DNA of 64,000 nucleotides from Spirochaetia bacterium. GTDB lineage: Bacteria > Spirochaetota > Spirochaetia > SZUA-6 > Bin103. The stretch covers positions 1,280,001 through 1,344,000 of the forward strand of contig CBDBDQ010000005.1 in NCBI GenBank assembly GCA_965203905.1, written 5' to 3'. The translations under genes and the position numbers were made by a program. The notes under the pieces were generated by a model. The model had not been told where the DNA came from. It ran no database searches and saw only the letters and a list, made by a program, of their open reading frames with translations. Shown here piece by piece: positions 52,929 to 62,357 of this stretch (position 1 is its first letter; every line of letters starts with the position of its first letter).

Positions 52929-53960
52929 TCAAGGAGTCGGAGTCTGGCCGTCGTAGCGTTGTCTCGCTGCTGCACGAAATGGCCGACTAACCGGCACCAC
53001 CTCGCCGCTCGTGAGACGCAGCGCCATATGCCCGTCCGCCCGGCGCTCAACGGCCGCGACGTGGGCATGCGCGACCCAGCGGCCGCGGTGTACCTGCATC
53101 CCGCGGTCGCCAAGCTCCGCCATGGCGTCTCGGAAGCGCAGCAGGACAATCGCCGTGCCCGTCGTCGTGACCACGTTCACGTAGTGCCCGGCGGCCTTGA
53201 GGTAGACGACATCGCGCCCGACCTCTTCGGGTAGCCGCTGGTGGAACGCGTCTGGCTCAGCGGGCGGGCGCACTTCGGCGCCGTCGCCAAGGGCCGCCGG
53301 CGCCCGCGCGACGGGTTGCCGCGGCGCAGCAACCGAACCCTGGCGCAGTCGGATCACGTGGTAGAGCAGCGCTTGCGCCAAAATCAGGCTCGGCACCGTC
53401 GCGAGGTAGGCGCCACCAATAAGGGGGCGGAAGTCCCGGACCGGCTGCGAGTGCAGGTCCGCGTACAGGCTGTAGACCGCGTAGGTGATTGCCGCACAGG
53501 GCGCGGAGAAAATCACGGCCTCCAGCACGAACGCCGCCACGGTCTGCAGCTCCGTGCGGTCGCGCATCAGGTAGAGCACGGCGACGAAGCCCGCATAGGC
53601 GACCACCAGGTGCAGCCCGTGCGCCAGGGCGCAGTAGGGAAGCCGCGACAGCACCGGCAAGACGAGCGCTGTCCCGTAGGGTCCGATCAGCCCGCACATC
53701 AGCGCGAAGATGGCGGCAACCGCCGCCCCGACGCCGAAGATGGGCGCAGTAAGAGCCTCGCGGTACGCGAGTTGGCCGCCGCTCACGGGTTCGCCGCCGG
53801 CGCCGGCGCCAGGTCGCGGCTCGTGTCGTGCAGCCAATCGGGGTCCGCGACGTCCTCGTCCGGGTCCGGCTTCCAGGTCGCGCCCTCCAGCGCTACCTGG
53901 TGCCCGCCTCCGTCCGCCGCGCCCAGCACCTCCGCCGCGGTCGCGCTCCTGGTGCGGCAC
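52929..53960 (-). CDS. Membrane-anchored LytTR-family DNA-binding protein (start uncertain)
   Basis: TM helices then VYLKAAGHYVNVVT..LLRFRDA..GMQVHRGRWVA..VPVSR. Confidence 0.8.
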   Translation of the reverse strand: MPHQERDRGGGAGRGGRRRAPGSAGGRDLEAGPGRGRRGPRLAARHEPRPGAGAGGEPVSGGQLAYREALTAPIFGVGAAVAAIFALMCGLIGPYGTALVLPVLSRLPYCALAHGLHLVVAYAGFVAVLYLMRDRTELQTVAAFVLEAVIFSAPCAAITYAVYSLYADLHSQPVRDFRPLIGGAYLATVPSLILAQALLYHVIRLRQGSVAAPRQPVARAPAALGDGAEVRPPAEPDAFHQRLPEEVGRDVVYLKAAGHYVNVVTTTGTAIVLLRFRDAMAELGDRGMQVHRGRWVAHAHVAAVERRADGHMALRLTSGEVVPVSRPFRAAARQRYDGQTPTP

Positions 53961-54064
53961 ACGCCGCTCAGAAAGTGAGCCATTTGCCGCTTAGAAATTG
54001 ACCCACCCCCTGCAAGCGAACCCTCCGGGCGATAGGACGCCACCGAGCGGGTGCCTGCCCGCCT

Positions 54065-54232
54065 CAACGGCGCCTCGGGTCGCGCGCCGCCTCACGGCGG
54101 CGGCCAGGGCCGCCGGGATCGACGGCAGGATAACCGGCCACTCAGGCCGCGTCGGCCTAGCTTCCGAATTGACCGCGCGCGGCGCCAGCACCACCGAAAC
54201 CGTGCTGGCCGGTGGCTGGAAGACGGCCCCGC
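54065..54232 (+). pseudogene. Cre-like tyrosine recombinase C-terminal fragment
   Basis: RRLTAAARAAGIDGRITGHSGRVGLASELTARGASTTE.VLAGGWKT (H-x-x-R box; catalytic Tyr missing). Confidence 0.75.
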
Positions 54233-54298
54233 ATGGCCGCGCACTGCGCCGATCCACCCGATATCTGCGCCGCCCACGTCTCCGCCTGCGCAGGGCTG

Positions 54299-55294
54299 TC
54301 ACCCCGACAGCACGCGCCGCACCTCGTCCGCATCCACCGCCAGCGCCGCGGCGATCGCTTCGACATCCTGCCCCAGACCATGCAGGCTGCGGATCGCCTG
54401 CGCGAGCAGCAGGCCCCGCTCCTGCTCGGCCTGCTGCTGCGCCCGCTCCGCTCGCTGTGCCCGCTGCCGCTCCTGCTGCACCCGCTGCCGCTCCTGTGCC
54501 ACAAGGCGGTCGCGATGCTCCACCTGCCGCGCCAACAGCATCGAGTCCCGCAGCAGCAGGTCCTCCCCCTCCATGGTGCGCCGCACCTCTTCTTCCGCCA
54601 TCGCCTCCCGCAACTGCCGCAGCACGAACCCGCACTCCTCCGGATACTCCCCTTCCTCTATCGTCAGCACGTGCGCGTCACCCCGTCCGTCGCCCTTCAC
54701 CAGTCCCTGGTCGAAGATCGCCAGCAGCCGCTCCAGCTCGTCCCGCCGCCGGCTCGCCAGCCGCGGGATCTGGATGATGTGGCTGCGGTGATGGATCCCC
54801 TCCACCAGCGGATGGCTCGCCGCCAGCTCCCGCCCCGTGCGCCGCTCGGTCACCCGCGGACAGACGTCGATCACCGCCTCGTCCGACAGACCATCCAGCG
54901 CGTAGCCCAGGATGTAGATCGTCACGATCGGCACCGCCTCGGTGCGGCCCGAAGGGTGAGTGAGGATGTTATCCCCGCTGCCGATCTGTTGGCCCAGGTA
55001 GCGTCGGAAGCGCTCGATCACGGTGGGCGCGCTGGCCTTTTGAATCTCGATCAGCACCTGCCGCTCACTGCCGTCGGCGGTCTGCACCCGAGCCGCGAAG
55101 TCCATCCGCAGCAGGGTCAGCGGCAGGTCGTGCGCGGGGGCGTCCGGGGTGCGGCGGACGGCGGTCTCCTGCGGGCTGACGGTGAGCGACTGCACCGCCA
55201 GGCCGGTGATCCTGCCGATCAGCAGGCGCGCGACGCGGTCGTTCTGCATCAGGTACTTGAACACCACGTCGTAGATCGGGTTGGCGACGTCCAC
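54299..55294 (-). CDS. Rpn-related PD-(D/E)XK nuclease with coiled-coil tail
   Basis: ANPIYDVVFKYLM, RMDFAA, VLIEIQKA, RFRRYLG, PIVTIYILG, ERQRAQRAE tail. Confidence 0.82.
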   Translation of the reverse strand: MDVANPIYDVVFKYLMQNDRVARLLIGRITGLAVQSLTVSPQETAVRRTPDAPAHDLPLTLLRMDFAARVQTADGSERQVLIEIQKASAPTVIERFRRYLGQQIGSGDNILTHPSGRTEAVPIVTIYILGYALDGLSDEAVIDVCPRVTERRTGRELAASHPLVEGIHHRSHIIQIPRLASRRRDELERLLAIFDQGLVKGDGRGDAHVLTIEEGEYPEECGFVLRQLREAMAEEEVRRTMEGEDLLLRDSMLLARQVEHRDRLVAQERQRVQQERQRAQRAERAQQQAEQERGLLLAQAIRSLHGLGQDVEAIAAALAVDADEVRRVLSG

Positions 55295-55342
55295 CCAGGC
55301 ATTGAACCTGCGCTCCACGGCGCGGGTCAATCGCCCGCCTCG

Positions 55343-55655
55343 AATGGCATCCTGGTGACCGCCGGCAACGCGGAGCGTGCCGTGTACTTCACCGAGCGCG
55401 AGGACGCCGAGCTGGCCGGCGCGATCCGCTTGCACTCCCAGTCGCAGGGCGTCTGGCTGGAAGCCGAGACCCTGTGCTGGGAGGACGCCAGCCACCGGCT
55501 GTTCTCGGGACCCGAGGAGACGGTGGCGGTTACCCGCGACGACGGCTCGCAGGTGACCGGCGTCGGTCTCCAGGTCGACGTGCGCCGCAAGACAATCCGC
55601 TTCTCGGGACCCGTCAGCGGGACCCTGGTCGCCGAAAACCAGCGCGGAGGAGTAG
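55343..55655 (+). pseudogene. lptC-like copy 9 (3' half)
   Basis: NGILVTAGNAERAVYF...GPVSGTLVAE plus the conserved downstream flank to ~55805. Confidence 0.8.
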
Positions 55656-55804
55656 GCGGGAGGCGCGCGGCCGGGGGCGCGGGGAGGCGGTGTGCGACGC
55701 TACGGCAGGTCGGTCATGCGCGGCAGGCGCCTGCAGCCGAAACCGGTGCGCTGGGACCGCCCGCGCAGCGGCGTAGCGCCCGCGCGGGCGTTGCAGCCTG
55801 CGGT

Positions 55805-56415
55805 GACACGATCCGCCCGCGGCGGTCGAGATGAATCAACCCCGTACCGGCATTCTCGAGAAGCTGGCCGTGCGCCGTCGCGAGGGCCCCGGATTCGACT
55901 AGCGCCAAGCGCACCCGCACGAACTGGCGTATGTGAGGCAACAGTCTCTTGACGAAGTTGAGCTGCTCCGACGACCAGTCGCTCCCGGCGACGGGATCTG
56001 CGACCCCGAAGATGATGCGCGACTCGAACGGTGCATCCATACGCACGTTCAGCCCATTCTGGAACCCGAAGCGCGGCATCGCCTCGTTGTACATCACCGA
56101 TTTCGCGAGATCCTGGCCGCGAAACGTGTCCCGGACGTGCGCGATCTGGCCATCCGGGAGTCGGCGCAGGCCCGGGAGATGATCGTCGACCGGGTAGTAG
56201 ATCCGGAAGTACTCGCGCTCCAAGGCCGTATGGTGCTCTCCGCGGTAGCAGAACCTCACGAAGACGATGTCGATGTCCGCGTTCGACGACTGACTGCTGA
56301 ACACCAGGTGATTGCCCTTCGACCCGAGGGCTTGGTCGATCAGCGCCGAGGTCGGCAGCCAGAGGGCCTCGTTGAGCGAATCGATGACGCGCTCGAAGGC
56401 ATCCTGGCGGTTCAT
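55805..56415 (-). pseudogene. LuxR sensor paralog of 46895-48037, truncated by the lptC flank (no HTH)
   Basis: DAFERVIDSL..PTSALIDQA..PHIRQFVRVR..IHLDRRGRIV then breaks. Confidence 0.75.
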
Positions 56416-56659
56416 TGCATTCGCACTCCGTGGAACATCGGGGCAGCGTCACTGCGCCCGCCGCGCCGAGCGTCGAGTCGTTGCGCGGGCTCGTGCGTCT
56501 CCCGGAAGGATGCTACAAGAACGAGAGCCGCTTGCCGCCCTCGGAATCGAGGGGGTGCCGGTCCCGCGATGCCGCGGGCCACGCGCGAAGATGGCGAAGC
56601 GGTACAGCTCGCCCTGACGGCCACGGCGATACGGTGGACCGACCAACGGCACGAACGTG

Positions 56660-57085
56660 CTCAGCCGCAATCGACGAGACCGTCGGTCCGGGCCACCCCG
56701 GCGTTGAGTTCGTCACCGGAACCGGTGACGACGGGATCCCGTCGAAGACACAGAACCGCGCCGCCGGAGAATTGCCCGACGGTGGGAACCGTGACCTTCG
56801 ATTCGCGCTCGACACAGGCATCGCCGACCTTGAGGTGTGGTACCCATCGGCCGTCAGCTGACCGGTGAGGGTGAAGTTGGTGAGTTGTGGACCGGCAGCA
56901 GCGTGGGACCGACCGTTGACGGGCGCATCGGCGTGGACGTCTCCGGCCCGGAGACAGGATCGTCACGACATACGCCCAGGGTCGTACTGGGCTTCCTTCA
57001 GGTCCAATCTCATCGTGGATGGCGGCGGACTGTATGGAGTTGCAGGGGCCGTGAGCGCCGCGGTGCCGGTGGTGGCAGGCTTGTC
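56660..57085 (+). pseudogene. Degenerate subtilase (S8)-like fragment
   Basis: AIDETVGPG..FVTGTGDDG, GVDVSGP, YGVAGAVSAAVPVVAG. Confidence 0.4.
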
Positions 57086-57145
57086 CTCCCCCGTTCGGCG
57101 AACCGTCAGCGATCCGACCAGCGCGGCAAACGCGGACTGCGGGTG

Positions 57146-57502
57146 TCAGGCTGGCCAGGCGGGGTCGAACCGGGCGAAGAACGCGGCGGCGGTGTCGCAG
57201 CGCACCAGCCAGTCACCGACCTCGGCCAGCCGTTCCGGGTCTGAGATCGGCGCCAGCAGGTCGGCCAGGCGGGCGGCGGTGTCGGCATCGAAGCGCGCCG
57301 CCGCCTGCCGGCACAGCAGTGCCCGTTGCTGGTCAACTCCCTGGGTAAGGCCCTGTTCGCGACCTTCTGCAACGCCTTGTGCGCGGCCCTGTTCACGGCC
57401 TTCCCGGAGCCACTGCTTGGGCCATTCGGCGACCCGTTCGACCAACGATCGCGGCAGGCGCACAGCGGCGCTCGGTGACCCGACACGATCGCGCCGCATC
57501 AT
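57146..57502 (-). CDS. Orphan Rpn C-terminal (RpnS/DUF4351-like) domain
   Basis: SLVERVAEWPKQWLREGREQG..QRALLCRQAAARF..L..ISDPERLAEVGDWL. Confidence 0.6.
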   Translation of the reverse strand: MMRRDRVGSPSAAVRLPRSLVERVAEWPKQWLREGREQGRAQGVAEGREQGLTQGVDQQRALLCRQAAARFDADTAARLADLLAPISDPERLAEVGDWLVRCDTAAAFFARFDPAWPA

Positions 57503-57531
57503 TCCGGAGGTGCGGCAGACGCTGCCGACGG

Positions 57532-59268
57532 TCAACGCGCCGAAAAGCGGATTCCCGCGTTCGCCGGCGGAGTGGGGGCGTTCGCGTCCACCCGGCCCAT
57601 CACCCGGATCTCCGACTCGTGGACCGGGGTCGGGGTGTAGTCCTGCCACTGCCGGACCGGCGGCGCGCCGGCGTCTCGGCGCAGGATGCGGACGCCGCCG
57701 AACTCCCGCTCCAGGGAGTAGCCGGCAACCGCCACCGCGGGGTCGGCCGACAGCACGTGACTGACCGCGGTGGAGAGCGTCGCCAGGTCCTGGCTCACGC
57801 CGCGCCCGGTGAACGCGTCGTAGAACGGGATCCGGCGATGCAGATAGTAGTAGCCGGGTAGGCTGTGGTAGGCGCGATCCACCTGCCACACCGCATCGAC
57901 ACCCGAGGCTCGCGCCAGGTACCGGTAGGCGGCGAAGACAGGATCCTGGACACGGCGGCGAATGAAACTCACCTTGCCGGTCTCCTGCGACCAGGCGCGG
58001 TACACCTGCTCCTGGTACGGCAGCGCGTTCAGCAGCCCGGCCAGGGACACGCCCAGGCACGCGGCGCCGGCCACGCTCGCCGCCCAGCGCAGCCAGGGCG
58101 TACGCCGCACCCTTGCGGACGCCGCCGCCACGGCGCGCGTCGCCAGGTCCGCGCCGAGCAGCAGCCACAGCGGAATCACGACGAAGATGAACCGGTATTC
58201 CTTGTGCGCCTGGAGCGAATGAGCCAGCAGCGCGATGGCGATCAGCGCGAGCAGCAGCCCGTAGCGCCGCGGCGCGACCAGGGCCAGCGCGAGGCTCAGC
58301 ACGCTGAGCCCGCCGCCGCCCAGCGTGAGCCACCAGAGGTACTGATACGGCGGACTCTCGCCCACCCGCCACTCAGCGATGACCATATTGAACTGGAGGT
58401 TGGTGAGGTAGGAGTGGAACAGGCCGCGCCCCCAGGTGAGTCCGTCGAGCACGCCGATCGCAAACAGGAGCATCACCGAGGCCAGGACCAGGTGCAGCCG
58501 GTCTCGGGTACGCCACAACACGATCCCCAACAGCAGCAACGCCAGAGGGGCGTACTGCAACCTTATCGCCGCCGCCAGCACGGCCAGGCCGGCCCCCTGC
58601 CACACCACCCGGGAACCGTCCGCGTTCGGCCGCAGGCACAGCGCCAGCAGTGCCAGCAGCGGCGCGGTCGCCACGAACTCGGTCATCGGCTTGTGTGCGA
58701 ACGCGACCAGCTCGTACCAGAAGGAGCCGGCCAGCAGTGCCATCCTGGCGGCGGCTTCCCCGAAGTGGCGGCGGCCGGTCCAGTACATGGCCGCCGGAAC
58801 CGCCAGCGACAGCGCGCACAACAGCAGCTTGACGGCGCCGACGTACCACCACGGCTGCCCGAGGCCGACCAGGTCGAACAGCTTGAGCACCCCCGCCACC
58901 ACGCCCGGCACCAGCCACGAACGTGCGCCGTAGAAGTACTCCCAGTAGATCACCCCGTTGCCGAACGCCAGCCGATGGGCCGGTTCCAGGTACTGCATTA
59001 TTTCGTCCGGGTGCAGCACGAAGTCGCCGGACAGGGCCACCGCGGCGCGCGCGGCGAACGCCAGCGCCAGCACCAGCGGCAGGTACTTCCAGGGCTGTTC
59101 GTCCCCGGTCCGCCGGTGCACAGCAGCTTCGAGAAACGCCGCCGCGGACGACGCTAAAAAATGCCTCCTCCTGCGCGGCCGCCCCGGGTGCCGCACTCCC
59201 GGTGCGCAAACTGCCGCCCTGCCAGTCCCGTTCGGCATGACCCTCGCAACCGAAAGCGTACTACACAC
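57532..59268 (-). CDS. PIG-B/Alg9-like (GT22) mannosyltransferase paralog (true start probably downstream of 59268)
   Basis: HPDEIMQYLEPAH, WEYFYGARSW, HKEYRFIF. Confidence 0.8.
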   Translation of the reverse strand: MCSTLSVARVMPNGTGRAAVCAPGVRHPGRPRRRRHFLASSAAAFLEAAVHRRTGDEQPWKYLPLVLALAFAARAAVALSGDFVLHPDEIMQYLEPAHRLAFGNGVIYWEYFYGARSWLVPGVVAGVLKLFDLVGLGQPWWYVGAVKLLLCALSLAVPAAMYWTGRRHFGEAAARMALLAGSFWYELVAFAHKPMTEFVATAPLLALLALCLRPNADGSRVVWQGAGLAVLAAAIRLQYAPLALLLLGIVLWRTRDRLHLVLASVMLLFAIGVLDGLTWGRGLFHSYLTNLQFNMVIAEWRVGESPPYQYLWWLTLGGGGLSVLSLALALVAPRRYGLLLALIAIALLAHSLQAHKEYRFIFVVIPLWLLLGADLATRAVAAASARVRRTPWLRWAASVAGAACLGVSLAGLLNALPYQEQVYRAWSQETGKVSFIRRRVQDPVFAAYRYLARASGVDAVWQVDRAYHSLPGYYYLHRRIPFYDAFTGRGVSQDLATLSTAVSHVLSADPAVAVAGYSLEREFGGVRILRRDAGAPPVRQWQDYTPTPVHESEIRVMGRVDANAPTPPANAGIRFSAR

Positions 59269-59374
59269 GCCGCCGTTACGCTTCCGAGCAGCGCATCAAC
59301 CCCATGCTCCGTCGGATAGTCTGCTCGGTATTGCACGGTGCGTTCGCGGCCGGATCCAGGACCAGGGCGCGCCC

Positions 59375-59635
59375 GAAGCTCCGAAGCAAGCGGTGGGGCG
59401 AGTTGGCCAACAAGATGGGTACCGTGGTCGAGGACATCGTCGCTCCCAGTGTCCGCCGGCTCGCGCGCGAGGTGTTCGAGTGTGGCGACCTGGTCTACAT
59501 CGCAGCTATTGGGTGGCCCAGGCCCACGTAGCTGCCATCGTACAACCGGACGAACTACGGCTCACTACCGGCGACATGGTGCCCGTGAGCCGGCCGTTTC
59601 GGCGCCACCTGCGTCAACGACATCCCGTTCGTGAT
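59375..59635 (+). pseudogene. Spliced fragments: PD-(D/E)XK coiled-coil protein piece plus LytTR piece
   Basis: KRWGELANKMGTVVEDIVAPS; LHRSYWVA..LRLTTGDMVPVSRPF. Confidence 0.6.
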
Positions 59636-59797
59636 GCATGAGCCGGGGCCGCGGCGCCGCGACGCCGCTACCACTCGGCCGCTGGTGCGGCACGAGTCGG
59701 CTTTGCGAGAAAACCGCGGCGGTCCGCGTTGATTTTCCCCGGCGGTGTCGAGGGTACCGGCAACGGGGCACTACAGTCGCCCGCAGGAGGCCCTCCC

Positions 59798-60646
59798 ATG
59801 AAGTACTCGCTTCTAACCGGCGCAGCCCTGCTGGTCTGCGCCGCCATGATCGGCTGTCGCGCCGCCGTTCCGACCCCGGAGCCGGAGCCCGAGCCGGAGC
59901 CGCTGCCCACCCTGCAAGGCACATGGCAGTGGACCGACAGCTACGTCGACGACCGCGACGGCCGCACCTACCGCGAGGTGCAAGTAGTGACGTTCACGGG
60001 CGCCGGGCGCTTCATCGCCTACAACGCGGTAGACGCCGACACGGGCGCCCGTATCGACGACTGGCAGGAATCCGGTGGCTGGTCCGCGACCGACACGACG
60101 ATAACTCGGACGTGGCTTGACGACCATGACGGCGACGACGAAACCCCGGCGATCCGGCGCGAGCAAGTGAAAGCCTACTACTGGCAAGAGGAACGGCAAG
60201 CGGTGTTCCTGGCGCCGGGATGGAGCGCGGATGCGGGCGCCGCCCCGCACCGGTACACGCGGGTGGCGGACCCCCTGGCGGCGCTGATCGGTACAACCTG
60301 GAACTGGCGCCGGAATGAGGGCTCCTACTCTCTGGCCGGTACGCTCACCTTCAACGCTGACGGCACTTTCGTGGCCGAATCGGTGCGCCCTGACGACACG
60401 CACCGCGTCGAGGGCGCCTACACGTGGGACGCCGAGGCGCTGGCCCTGGTTCCGAGCGATATGACGTTGACCATTACCCCCGCGGACGGCGGCGCACCGT
60501 CGACCGAATCGTTCGCGCCGGATGGTCCGTTCCGGTGGGCCGTTGCGCCGACCGACACGCCGACCGCCATCATCGTCTCCGCGCCCCATGTCGACGTGGC
60601 GTTCGAGTTTGGCGACTACCGGGACAGGTACGACGCGGCTCCCTGA
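59798..60646 (+). CDS. Surface lipoprotein of the same beta-rich family
   Basis: AGGAGG RBS, MIGC lipobox, PEPEPE linker, LQGTW..VTFT..ESGGW..TITRTW..YTRV. Confidence 0.8.
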   Translation: MKYSLLTGAALLVCAAMIGCRAAVPTPEPEPEPEPLPTLQGTWQWTDSYVDDRDGRTYREVQVVTFTGAGRFIAYNAVDADTGARIDDWQESGGWSATDTTITRTWLDDHDGDDETPAIRREQVKAYYWQEERQAVFLAPGWSADAGAAPHRYTRVADPLAALIGTTWNWRRNEGSYSLAGTLTFNADGTFVAESVRPDDTHRVEGAYTWDAEALALVPSDMTLTITPADGGAPSTESFAPDGPFRWAVAPTDTPTAIIVSAPHVDVAFEFGDYRDRYDAAP

Positions 60647-60764
60647 GACGGCCTGAGACGGTTCCGTGGCGCCCCGGACCACCCCCGGTTCGGTCGGGGG
60701 TGGTCGTGAGGCGAGAATGACGCGACTCCGGCGCGCGCCGCGAGTGACCGGAGGCGGAGCAGCG

Positions 60765-60822
60765 ACGCGCGCCGCGAGACCATCCGCTTCTCGCGAGCCG
60801 TCAGCGGCACCGTGGTACCGGC
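60765..60822 (+). pseudogene. Short diverged lptC 3' tail (copy 10)
   Basis: GCGCCGCGAGACCATCCGCTTCTCGCGAGCCGTCAGCGGCACCGTGGT. Confidence 0.55.
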
Positions 60823-60944
60823 GGCCTCGGGCGCCCAAGTGCGTAGCGCGCCGCCGCACTTACCAGTCGCCGCCTGTTTCTTCGGACGCCGTTTGAAGCG
60901 CCACCGACGCGCGGCCGTTGTCAGGTATCGGAGGTACCTGAATC

Positions 60945-61015
60945 ATGCTTCACGACGAGAACTACCAGCGCGCCTGTTCGCCTCACCGCTCATGGTCGAG
61001 CACCTGCTGTGCGCG
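60945..61015 (+). pseudogene. Rpn N-terminal fragment (third subtype)
   Basis: GGAGG RBS, MLHDENYQR-LFASPLMVEHLL. Confidence 0.5.
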
Positions 61016-61147
61016 CCGATCGCCGCGGTGGGGCCGCGCCTGGCTCTCCATCAGGCCCCGCGCAGCGCTGGTTCGCGGTCGCCATATCCTATCGATGGTT
61101 GAACGGCGCGCTCCGCAGGCGTAGGATAGAGTTAAGAGAATCTAGCT

Positions 61148-61948
61148 GTGCCTTTTACCGTTGAGGACTTTCGAGATTTGACGCGGCTTCTGGAAGCCAA
61201 GCCGGAGTGGCGCAGTCAGATCCGCCGCCTGGTGCTCAGCGACGAATTCGCTGAACTGCCGGAGGACTTGGCCGCGCTCCGTTACGCTACCGAGCGCCGG
61301 TTCGACAAGATCAGCAAGGCGCAGCAGCAGTTCGCGGAACACACCGCCGCTCTGCGGGAGACCCAGGCTCAGTTCGCGAAAGACCTTGCCGCTCTGCGAC
61401 GGGACACCGATTCGCGGTTCCAGGAAGTTGCCGCGCAGGTCGGCGAGGTTGCCAGAGAGCTCGCAGTATTGCCCCGTACCACGTTCGGCCTCGTCGATGA
61501 CGTGGGACGGTTGAAAGGATCCGATCTTGAGCGCCGCTACCGGGAGCGGGCGTACGCCCACTTCGGCAGCTTCATCCGCCGCGCGCGGCTGCTGACCGAT
61601 GACGAGCTTGCCGATGAGCTCGAGACGGGCGCGGACGACGGCGTGATCACCGAGGCTGACGCGGACGAGGTCATGTGGGCCGACCTGGTGGTTCGTGGCC
61701 GGCGCCGCGACTCCGGGAGCGATGTGTACCTGGTCGTGGAAGTCTCATGGGGCGTCGGGCCCGGCGACGTTGAGCGCGCCCTGCGTCGCGCGCGGATTTT
61801 CGGGCGCCTGGTTTCCCCAGTGTTGCCGGTAGTGGCAGGAGAGGCCGCGACCGCCGAGGCCGATCGTCGAGCTCGCTCCGGGGGCGTGTGGCAACTGCTT
61901 CATGGAAGGGTAGTTGCGCCCGACCAGGTGGCAACCATCGACAAATGA
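61148..61948 (+). CDS. Coiled-coil plus PD-(D/E)XK-like hypothetical protein
   Basis: FTVEDF.DL.RLLE..PEWR, LKG.DLER.Y, ADLVVRG..YLVVEVS..DVERA. Confidence 0.7.
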   Translation: MPFTVEDFRDLTRLLEAKPEWRSQIRRLVLSDEFAELPEDLAALRYATERRFDKISKAQQQFAEHTAALRETQAQFAKDLAALRRDTDSRFQEVAAQVGEVARELAVLPRTTFGLVDDVGRLKGSDLERRYRERAYAHFGSFIRRARLLTDDELADELETGADDGVITEADADEVMWADLVVRGRRRDSGSDVYLVVEVSWGVGPGDVERALRRARIFGRLVSPVLPVVAGEAATAEADRRARSGGVWQLLHGRVVAPDQVATIDK

Positions 61949-62032
61949 CGTCGTGCGCGACCGGAAAGCAGCGAACCTGAACGGGCCCCTTTATACCCGG
62001 CAGCTGAGCGCGCCGCCGAGCGCCAGTATCGC

Positions 62033-62220
62033 TCACGGACAGTCGCTCGGCACCACCGGGCACCACGAGCCCGACAGCTCCGCGTCAAGGTAGGCGATCC
62101 GATTGGGGATCGTGACGCTGATCAGGTCGACCATGGCCTCCGTTGCCCGCTCCGCTCGATACCGAACTATCAGGTACGGCACGAAACTCTCCACGAGGTC
62201 CTCACGTATCGGACGTCCCC
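62033..62220 (-). pseudogene. C-terminal fragment of lipoprotein 29717-30850
   Basis: REDLVESFVPYLIVRYRAERAT...GSWCPVVPSDCP. Confidence 0.8.
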
Positions 62221-62357
62221 GTAGACTGCGGCTGCCGGACCCAAAAGACGAATCCATCTCGGTCTGGACGGGCGTACCGAGGAAATTGCGCTGTCCATAG
62301 GTGCAATGTAGGCAACGAAATAGCGAGGCAGGGACTTTCTTTACCCACAGCCTACCG

